64,000 bases of DNA from Mytilus californianus. Taxonomy: Eukaryota. Positions 27,201 to 39,200 of this stretch are shown piece by piece; position 1 is the first letter of the stretch; every line of letters begins with the position of its first letter. The notes beneath the pieces were generated by a model. The model ran no database searches and was not told where the DNA came from. It saw only the letters and a list, made by a program, of their open reading frames with translations. The stretch lies in the NCBI RefSeq assembly GCF_021869535.1, contig NW_026262686.1:1860001-1924000 (forward strand), given 5' to 3'. Both the position numbers and the translations under genes were made by a program.

Positions 27201-30200
27201 GTTTCCAGACAATAACTTGTGTTCAAGTGTATGGATCTCTCTGAAATTGTACTGCAAGGTACCATACCACAAAGGGAAGGCTGGGATTGAGTTTGGGGGT
27301 GATGAATCATAAGGGGGTTCAAAAAATTTGGGGGAGGGATTTTTTTTTCCTTTTTTTTTCTTTTAAATTTTCCATTTTAAATTGGTTATTTCTGATTTAT
27401 ATATAAAAGCAAATAATAATGATATGGTTTGAATAGGTAAATTAAAAAATTTTAAGTTCTTAGACCACATTCATTCTGTGTCAGAAACCTATGCTGTGTC
27501 AAATATTTAATCACAATCCAAATTCAGAGCTGTATCAAGCTTGAATGTTGTGTCCATACTTGCCCCAACTGTTCAGGGTTCGACCTCTGCGGTCGTATCA
27601 AGCTGCGCCCAGGGAGCATTTTATTTAACTATGATTCATTGTTTATTGGTCAATAATTACTAATATGAAATTTGAGCTAGAAATAAGGGCCATTTTAGAG
27701 CCTTATCGGACCTACTCCTTATGTCTTATAAACTAATGGTAGTCTTAATTTCAGTTAATGAAGGGTATTCTTACCGGGGTTCTACTGCCATCTGGTGCTG
27801 CCACATAACTCGAACCTGTGAAAGACATCAACAGAATTCAATTAAACATCAACAAAATAAAACATATTTTTGAAAAAATTATCCTTAGAATAAAGCTTCA
27901 AGCTAATAAAAATCATATTCTCATATATATGTGGATAAGTCATTGTAAGTAAACTCAAAAGAAGGTAAAAATAGTATTTTCAGGTTTAAAATGTCACTTT
28001 GGAATTTAGAAGATGATATACCTTACACTGATTCCAAAATAATAAAGTTTGTATTAATTCTATATCATATTATTGTTGACATAACAAATTTATTTATTTT
28101 GTAAAAAATATTTCCATACCCCATGTACTCCTTACAACAAAATTATTATATTTACCTGTGTAAGTTATTTTATTAAACACCATTTTGTCCAAGGTTATAG
28201 TTGTCTTTCTGATATTGTTTTACATCCCCCCCCCCTTTTTTTTTATTAATATTGTATTTACATAGTGTCATAGATCAAATTTATTAGTTCAGTTTATGTT
28301 TATTTGTTTTTGTTAAAATGTCTTTTGATTGAGTTAAGCCATTTCAATTGATATTTTATAGTGTGTCTTTCTATGTTGTGATGTTACATTCAGGTTAGGG
28401 TGTAGGTTGGCGTCTGTTAAAACGTTTTAACCCACTGCATTTGTTTGCACCTGTCCTAAGTCAGGAACCTGTTGTTCAGTGGTTGTTGCTTGTTGATGTG
28501 GTTCATAAGTGTTTCTCGTTTTTTATGTAGATTAGACCGTTGGTTTTCCTGTTTGAATGGTTTTACACTAGTCATTTTTGGGGTCCTTTATAGCTTGCTG
28601 TTCGGTGTGAGTCAAGGCTCCGTGTTGAAGGCTGTACTTTGACCTATAATGGTTTACTTTTTACAAATTGTGACTTGGATGGAGAGTTGTCTCATTGGCA
28701 CTCATACCACATCTTCTTATATCTATATAAAGTTATTTTCAGTGTCAATTCAGTCATTGGACCATGATCTAGTGAGCAGGGCCTGAACATGGTCGACAAA
28801 CTGAGATGTACAGACAGTAATGTAACTTTATAGAAAATATCGTTGTTTATTGTAAGTTGTTCCTATCAATACAACTTAAGCATAAAAACTTAACATTGAA
28901 TATAGCTAATTAATTCAAAGTCACTGGACCATGACCTAGGGGGCAAGGCCTCAAAATTTAAATAGTTGTCAAACTGATATGTACTGATAGTAATGCAACT
29001 TTATACAAAATATTATTGACCTATCACAAGTAGTTCTTATCAAACTGATTTAAGCAGAAAAACTTAACATCGAAAATTGCTAATTTAAATTCAAAGTCAC
29101 TTGACCATGACCTAGGGGGCAAGACCTCAAAATAGTCATCAAACTGATATGAACCAAATATTCTCCATGGAAATGAGATGTCCTTATGCTTACTGCATAC
29201 CAATTATCATTGACCTACTACTAACGGCTTCCCTTAAACTGACCTAATCACAAACTAATATATGTAAACTAAGCAAAGTTTCAAAGTCAATAGACCATGA
29301 CTGAGTGGGCAGGGCCAAATAATCTCCATGGTAATGAGATGTGCCAATGCTAATACAACTGCATACCAAATATCATTAACCTACCACTAGTGGTTCACCA
29401 TAAACAAGACCTAATCACAAACTAATACATTGTTGACGCTGCTGCCGGAAACAGCATACATGTACCTATGTGTCGCTTTTTGACTCAGTCAAGGAGAGAC
29501 AAAAATGGTAAAATTTTTCATTTAAGGGCAATAACTCCTATAAAAAGTCTTTAACAGTTTTGATGTAAATGGACAGTAGGTAGATCTCAACATTCTGAAC
29601 ATTTTTGCCTTGTCCTTGTCAAAATTTCTCTATTCAAGAAGTTTTCAATATAATAGAAAAAACTTTAATACATTTTTCCCTCTGTTCTATTTTTACCCAT
29701 GTTGGTTGGCAGGTGGCGTCATTGGACACATATTTTTGTAACTTGATACATGTACTCCATGATAATTGTGGTCAAGTTTAGTTTAATTTGACCAACTTAT
29801 TTAATAAAAGATTTTTAGGTAAAGTTAAAGGTTGAGGGCAATGACAGATGCCAAGTGATGGCCTAGCAAGCTAAAATAAGAGACCGGGACTCATTGTGAC
29901 CTCTTCTGGCTGATACATCTTTTATCATCAATCATGCTTTATGACTATAAACTGATTACAACTTAATGAAATAAAAGTTGATCGCTATTTTATCAATATG
30001 ACCTGCAGATATTTAGACAACTTACTGTAACTGTATTAGAATAATCAAGATATTTTTACTATACCAAGATATTTATTCATCCAATATATATAGTATGTCA
30101 AGAGATTACTTTTTTCCCATTTAAAATACTATGGATAAAAGTTCCCAAGAAATGACGGATAAAATTTCCTAATGACAAAATGTATTGTAAAAATAAGAGA

Positions 30201-33200
30201 ATCAGATAAACTTACCATAGAAATGGCCAAAATCCTTGTGAGCTGAAAAAGAAATCTCTGTTTAATGTTTCCAACATGTCTAACAGATAATATTGTGAAA
30301 ATCATGTGGTATAGACTGCAATGTTGACAACTGTGGCACATTCTAAAGCATGCAAAGATTGTTAACTTCATCAGAAGTCTTCCATAGCTCAGAACACTAC
30401 CAAGTCTATAAGTAAATTCTTTTCAGATGTTGAGCAACTCAAGATTGTCAAGCAAGCATGTACATGTAAATAAATAATGACCCCACCACTCTTGATTGAA
30501 AAATTTATCATTTTTTAGAAAAAATTGTCCAAATTTGTTTTATATATTCAGTTAAGGTCTGCTTCAGCTTTATGGAATTTTGCCCCCCCACCCCTTTCAA
30601 AAATCCTGGATCTGCCTCATTACCCCCTTGTATCACAAAGCTTTATTTCACTTAACACCTGCAGGTTAGGTGGTTTCACTTGGAACAAGTTTTTATGTCA
30701 CTGCCATATTAGAAACTTTAAAATCACAGCTGTGACCAACTGAGATCTTCAGCTCATATCTAAAAGTAAAGCTATTTTGTCACAAGGTCCACATTACTTG
30801 CCAAGGCCATGGATAGGATCTAAAGAATGTTTAACTCAATGCATTATGCTAGGTAAGTTTGAGATGAGGCCATGAATATAACTAAATATAGATGTCAAGC
30901 CAGTGACTATAGGGTTATGAATGAATTTAGTGCCAATTACACATTATGGTAAAAAAAAAGATTTAACTCACCTTTTCTTCCATCTGCTGAGGTAAATTCA
31001 TTGGGAAATTCTTCCTGAAATAAAACATCTCATATTTATTGTAAGTTTCGGTATTATTAATTCCTTTTTTCCTTACTTAATATATTGACAAACTTCAATT
31101 GATCATAAAGTTTAACATAATAACATCTCAGTGAACTAGTATACATTAGTTTAGGGGTTATCTCAAGCCCGTCTCTGGGTGTGGGATTTTCTCGCTGTGT
31201 TGAAGACCCATTGGTTGCCTTAGGCTATTTTCTGTTCTTTGGTCGATTAGTTGCTCTTTGACACATTCCCCTTTTCCATAATCTATTCTAGTCAATGGGT
31301 CATGTGACAGTTGAACACAAAAATGGCAAGAAAATAAAGCATGTAGCTCCCACAAAGTCTATACAGAGAACCCTGCAATACCTGGCAGCATTATTTGTCT
31401 AAATGAAACAACACAGTTCCAATGTCTCCCACTGCAGCAAATATTTCATTTGTTCAAAGGGATTATGACTCCAATAATTTTCCATTTCAAGTGCAGTGAT
31501 CATTTAGATTTCAAAGACAATGGTTATATAATCCATTGATATATATATGATTTTATCTAAAACTCAACAAGAAATGAAGGCTTGAGATTGCTTACAATTT
31601 TCCATATACATGATATAAAATGTAAAAAAATTATAATAAAAAAAGAAAATGTATATTTATAAACCAAGTAATTGCATTTTAAAAATTGTTAACCATGTGT
31701 TAACATTGGTGTTTCTATTTTAAGTCTAACACAAGCATGCATGTGTTGTCATACTTTGCTTACTCCCACTCATTATTCTAAGTTTCTGAAAATAGACCAA
31801 TCCAAAAAAGGGCTTATACATTACAACTGGTCATTGTTAAGCTGCTGATCAAATACAAGTTGGTCCATTCCATAGTTACTGAGAAAATGACATGCAAATA
31901 CCGATATATGATTTCATTTAACACACTGAACAATTTAAAGTATCAGCAAACAGGAAGTAGATATCTGACAGACAAAAAGACAGCAACTCATCAATATCAA
32001 GCTGCTGACCGAATATGATTTCATTGTCTTTTAGTGCTGAATCCTGAGTAAAGTGTTACTAACGGTAATATATTTATTGAACAAAACAACAAAAAAGGTT
32101 GGATAGTAACAGACAAGGTGATAACAATATATATCCAAGTGGGGGAAGAATATCAAATGCTTAAATTGTCAAATCAGGTAAAAACTTACTGTTCCCACTC
32201 TGTTAATAGCCACTGTAAAATAATGATTTGCAATGGCAGCATTTCTAGCCTCTATTGGCCACATAGGTTCACTGAAAATATAAACAGTGGCAAGAGTTAG
32301 CAATAGTGTCATTTCTAGCTTCTATTGGCCACATAGGTTCACTGAAAATATAAACAGTGGCAAGAGTTAGCAATAGTGTCATTTCTAGCTTCTATTGGAC
32401 ACATATAGGTTCACTGAAAATATAAACAGTGGCAAGAGTTAGCAATAGTGTCATTTCTAGCTTCTATTGGACACATATAGGTTCACTGAAAATATAAACA
32501 GTGGCAAGAGTTAGCAATAGTGTCATTTCTAGCTTCTATTGGACACATATAGATAGGTTCACTGAAAATATAAACAGTGGCAAGAGTTAGCAATAGTGTC
32601 ATTTCTAGCTTCTATTGGACACATATAGGTTCATTGAAAATATAAACAGTGGCAAGAGTTAGCAATAGTGTCATTTCTAGCTTCTATTGGACACATATAG
32701 GTTCATTGAAAATATAAACAGTGGCAAGAGTTAGCAATAGTGTCATTTCTAGCTTCTATTGGACACATATAGGTTCATTGAAAATATAAACAGTGGCAAG
32801 AGTTAGCAATAGTGTCATTTCTAGCTTCTATTGGACACATATAGGTTCATTGAAAATATAAACAGTGGCAAGAGTTAGCAATAGTGTCATTTCTAGCCTC
32901 TATTGGCCACATAGGTTCACTGAAAATATAAACAGTGGCAAGAGTTAGCAATAGTGTCATTTCTAGTTTCTATTGGACACATATAGGTTCATTGAAAATA
33001 TTAACAGTGGCAATAGTTAGCAATAGTGTCATTTCTAGCTTCTATTGGCCACATAGGTTCACTGAAAATATAAACAGTGGCAAGAGTTAGCAATAGTGTC
33101 ATTTCTAGCTTCTATTGGACACATATAGGTTCACTGAAAATATAAACAGTGGCAAGAGTTAGCAATAGTGTCATTTCTAGCCTCTATGGGCCACATAGGT

Positions 33201-36200
33201 TCACTGAAAATATAAACAGTGGCGAGAGTTAGCAATAGTGTCATTTCTAGCTTCTATTGGCCACATAGGTTCATTGAAAATATAAACAGTGGCAAGAGTT
33301 AGCAATAGTGTCATTTCTAGCTTCTATTGGACACATATAGGTTCATTGAAAATATAAACAGTGGCAAAAGTTAGCAATAGTGTAATTTCTAGCTTCTATT
33401 GGCCACATAGGTTCACTGAAAATATAAACAGTGGCAAGAGTTAGCAATAGTGTCATTTCTAGCTTCTATTGGACACATATAGGTTCATTGAAAATATAAA
33501 TAGTGGCAAGAGTTAGCAATAGTGTCATTTCTAACCTCTATTGGCCACATAGGTTCACTGAAAATATAAACAGTGGAGAGAGTTAGCAATAGTGTCATTT
33601 CTAGCTTCTATTGGACACATATAGGTTCACTGAAAATATAAACAGTGGCAAAAGTTAGCAATAGTGTCATTTCTAGCTTCTATTGGACACATATAGGTTC
33701 ATTGAAAATATAAACAGTGGCAAGAGTTAGCAATAGTGTCATTTCTAGCTTCTATTGGACACATATAGGTTCATTGAAAATATAAACAGTAGCAAGAGTT
33801 AGCAATAGTGTCATTTCTAGCTTCTATTGGACACATATAGGTTCATTGAAAATATAAACAGTGGCAAGAGTTAGCAATAGTGTCATTTCTAGCTTCTATT
33901 GGCCACATAGGTTCACTGAAAATATAAACAGTGGCAAGAGTTAGCAATAGTGTCATTTCTAGCTTCTATTGGCCACATAGGTTCACTAAAAATATATACA
34001 GTGGCAAGAGTTAGCAATAGTGTCATTTCTAGCTTCTATTGGCCACATATAGGTTCATTGAAAATATAAACAGTGGCAAGAGTTAGCAATAGTGTCATTT
34101 CTAGCTTATATTGGACACATATAGGTTCATTGAAAATATAAACAGTGGCAAGAGTTAGCAATAGTGTCATTTCTAGCTTCTATTGGACACATATAGGTTC
34201 ATTGAAAATATAAACAGTGGCAAGAGTTAGCAATAGTGTCATTTCTAGCTTCTATTGGACACATATAGGTTCATTGAAAATATAAACAGTGGCAAGAGTT
34301 AGCAATAATGTCATTTCTAGCTTCTATTGGACACATATAGGTTCATTGAAAATATAAACAGTGGCAAGAGTTAGCAATAGTGTAATTTCTAGCTTCTATT
34401 GGACACATATAGGTTCATTGAAAATATAAACAGTGGCAAGAGTTAGCAATAGTGTCATTTCTAGCTTCTATTGGCCACATAGGTTCACTGAAAATATAAA
34501 CAGTGGCAAGAGTTAGCAATAGTGTCATTTCTAGCTTCTATTGGACACATATAGGTTCACTGAAAATATAAACAGTGGCAAGAGTTAGCAATAGTGTCAT
34601 TTCTAGCTTCTATTGGACACATATAGGTTCACTGAAAATATAAACAGTGGCAAGAGTTAGCAATAGTGTCATTTCTAGCTTCTATTGGCCACATAGGTTC
34701 ACTGAAAATATAAACAGTGGCAAGAGTTAGCAATAGTGTAATTCCTATCTTCTATTAGCCACTTTATCATAAAATATTCAAAATGCTCTATAACCAAAAG
34801 GTGCCAATGTTAATAGTGAATCCTAACTTTCTTGATCAGTGATGGCGGCCAAAGTAAATTATTCTAAAACTGGACCAAAATTGACATTATTACACAAACT
34901 GTGCATAATTAAGGGATCAAGACTTTGTTATTTATTATGTGAGGTGCCAAAAAGAAGTAATTTAGTATTATTACTAATATCACAACTACTTGTGAATTTA
35001 TAGTATTTTGGCCTGCTTTAAAAAAACATTAAATTATCAATGCCAATTTTAGCCCTTCATGAACCTAATCCTTTAGAGCATACTACATGTAATATAAAGA
35101 AAGATAATCCAAATGTTTTCACAAATATTTGCTAGAGTTTATTTTTTGTTACAAAAAAGTTTGGTTTGTCTGTACAAAGGATCAAAATGTCAAAGAAACC
35201 AGAATTTGGAGTAAAAGTCTAAAATTGTCTAAACCTGTGGCTGAAAGATTAAATACAATCTCTATATACAGAGTACATGAGTACAAACATTAAAGCTCAA
35301 AACGTGGCTGAAGGATTAAATACAATCTCTTTACTCTGAGTACATGAGTACAAACCTTAAAGCTCCAACCGTGGCTAAAGGATCAAATACAATCTCTTTA
35401 CATGGGGTTCATGAGTACATAACTTAAAGCTCCAACTGTGGCTGAAGGATTAAATACAATCTCTATACATGGGGTTCATGAGTACATAACTTAAAGCTCC
35501 AACTGTGGCTGAAGTATTAAATACATTCTCTATACACTGAGTACATGAGTACATAACTTAAAACTCCAACCGTGGCTGAAGGATTAAATACAATCTCTAT
35601 ACATGGGGTTCATGAGTACATAACTTAAATTCCAACCGTGGCTGAAGGATTAAATACAATCTCTATACACTGAGTGCATGAGTACATACTTTAAATCTCT
35701 TACCGTGACTGAAGGATTAAATACAATCTCTATACACTGAGTGCATGAGTACATACTTTAAAGCTCCAACCGTGGCTGAAGGATTAAATACAATCTCTAT
35801 ACATGGGGTTCATGAGTACATAACTTAAAATTCATACCGTGGCTGAAGGATTAAATACAATCTCTATACACTGAGTGCAAGAGTACATACTTTAAAGCTC
35901 TTACCGTGACTGAAGGATTAAATACAATCTCTATACATGGGGTACATGAGTACATAACTTAAAGCTCCAACCGTGGCTGAAGAATTAAATACAATCTCTT
36001 TACACTGAGTGCATGAGTACATACTTTAAAGCTCTTACTGTGACTGAAGGATTAAAAACAATCTCTATATATTGAGTACATGATATAAAAAAGAAGATGT
36101 GGTATGATTGCCAATGAGACAACTCTCCACTAGAGACCAAATGACACAGAAATTAAGTACATACCTTAAAGTTCCAACTGTGGCTGAAGGATTAAAAACA

Positions 36201-39200
36201 ATCTCTATACACTGAGTACATGAGTATATAACTTAAAGCTCCAACAGTAGCTGAAGGATTAAATACAATCTCTATACACTGAGAACATGAGTACATACCT
36301 TAAAGCTCCAACCGTGGCTGAAGGATTAAATACAATCTCTATACACTGAGTACATGAGTACATACCTTAAAGCTCCATCCATGGCTGAAGGATTAAATAC
36401 AGTCTCTATACACTGAGTACATGAGTACATACCTTTAAGCTCTAACCGTGGCTGAAGGATTAAATACAATCTCTATACACAAGAGTACATGAGTACATAC
36501 CCCAAAGCTCCAACCGTGGCTGAAGGATTAAATACAATCTGTATACACTGAGTACATGAGTACATACCTCAAAGCTCCAACGGTGGCTGAAGGATTGAAT
36601 ACAATCTCTATACACTGAGTACATGAGTACATACCTCAAAGCTCCAACCGTGGCTGAAAGGATTAAATACAATCTCTATACACTGAGTACATGAGTACAT
36701 ACCTCAAAGCTCCAACCGTGGCTGAAGGATTAAATACAATCTCTGCACCATTAATACCATACATCATCCAATTCAAGGGATGATGTCGTCCATAACAAAT
36801 GTTTATACCAATTTTACCTGTAAACAATCAAAATCATACATAATTTTTCATGTTAAAAATACAAATCATATATAATTTTACCTGTAAACAATTACAAATT
36901 GTACATAATTCAACCTGTAAACAATTACAAATTGTAGATAATTTTACTTGTCATTTCTTATAAACAATTACAAATTGTGTATTATTTTACCTGTTGCTAA
37001 TGAAAGTAAATCCAGTGAAGGGTTTTGGATACATAACATTTATAAAGTGATAGTGTTTGAGACCTGCATTGCAATGTGGTATGGGACAAAAACGCTACAT
37101 TAGGCTTAAATTAAAATATTGTTTGTTTGCAGTTTACCGACCGACCCTCGAAAATCCGCCCGACTGTGAAAATTTTATTGCTTTTAATTTGAAGAAATTA
37201 TTTTTTATTTTTCTATTGACACAATCCGGAACTTCTGGTCGTTTCTGGAATTGATTTAAAGTCTGGGTCGATTACACGTTTCAAGTTCGGTTTTTCTTAC
37301 CTTCTTGTCATGCGTATATGGGACCGTTTAATAATAAAGCACATGGAGATTGTTTACAGGTATCGATGAAGACATGGAGGAGTACTTTGCGCTGTCGTTT
37401 TCTGTCAATTTTAAAACAAATAACAACCAAAAAAGTTTAATAGTAAACTGTTTTTACAGATTCAGACAGATATCATTGATGATTTGAGAACGCATGATGC
37501 AGCGGATATTCATAAAACCGACACGATAACCATTTCAATCTCAAACAGATCAGGTACAGAATCTCTTGAGCCTGACTTTATGGAACCAATATCAGTGGTT
37601 AAAAAAATTTGACAGCAGCCTGAAGTATGCCATAGTTTCTATAAAACGTTGTGAAGACAACAAGGATGAAACCACTTCTCCATGACTTCATGGATACCTG
37701 TAAACACGCCAGGAAGGGCGCATTTGAAATTTATAATCGATAGACAATGCCAAATCTATAAGAAGCCACAGAAACTACACAAAGATGTAAAGAAAATGAT
37801 TAGTTGGCTTGTAAAAATAAATATACTTTCTCTATGTTAAATCTATCTTCTATTGCAATGAGTATGCTCCTTTAGGATAAGGGGAGCTACCCTACTCATT
37901 GCAATTCTTCTCCCTCTTACAATATTAAATATACCCAAACAGTGTGGCTTGTGTGAATTGAATTAAAACATGTCCTTAGGAGCTATGCTGCCAATTTTTT
38001 ATGCAGTCAAAACATTTCAGTACAGACCATTTACTTTTAAAGGAGTGCTATTGATTTCACCCTGAAGTCTAAGATTTTTTTGGTTTTAATTAAAGCCTGA
38101 TCACATCAAAATATCTTTCAAAATATAACCTTATTACATATAATTAAATATTGTTAGATTTATGAAAACAGTCCGATGTCAAATATATTTTTTCAAGTTT
38201 CCTTTTTTTTTTAATTGAGAAAGATTCAATGGTTAATTTTTTTTATTGATAACACTCTTACATTGTCTTATGAATCTTTGATATCTACATTTTCCTAATG
38301 AAAATACTCTACTCATGAAAACTTTCTAGTAAAGAAGCATATGTCAGTGAACAATTTCTTTAAAACAATTCTAGTCATTCCTTGTTTATAAGATCTTATA
38401 AGTGTTCCAGTACTAGTATTTAATAATGTCATAAATTGGATAATCACACCATGTTTATATAGTTTCAATTTTGGTTGAAAAGTTTTTATCTGAAAATGCC
38501 TTATCGTGTACTTGGCTGGGGGACTATGGTAAGAACCAAGTAACGAGTCTACAAATAAACTGTACTTCACACTTTACTTCTTTTAATTTTTAATACAAGG
38601 CCATGCTACTGCACTGGCAGACGACAACTAACTTAATAATTAATAGCTAAAAACATGTTTCACCTTTTCCGACATAAGAGATAAATTGTGTGAGGCAGTC
38701 CCGATAACCAGAAGACCCAAAATAGGAATATAACAGCCTGTTCATTTCATGTTGGTTTTCAGTGTTTGTTGTTTTAAAAAAAAATTCTTCACAATAAACT
38801 TGGTTTGTGTAACTGCTTGTTTAAACTTCATTTTGGCTGATAAAATAAAATATTTTTCCTACCTACCGACCCTTCAGTCTGAAGGTACAGTCGGAAAACT
38901 GCAAACAAACATATTTTTAAGGTTGGCCTTATAAAAGATGACATTTTGAATTTCAGATCTGAACATTGTTAAAACACAAAATTGATCTAAAACAGTAGAG
39001 AGAGCTGAAAGAAGTAAGAAGCCTGAAGTGAACTTTTTAGGGTTAGCAATTTAGATATTCATCACTTCTAAGGGGCCACAATTGTTTTATTATACCAATC
39101 TGACAGTGGGAAGGCCATTAAACCATCAAAAAAGATTTGTATACTATAGTAAATGATTGTAGGAACACTTGCATTGGAAAATTATTTTGTGTCCAAGAAT

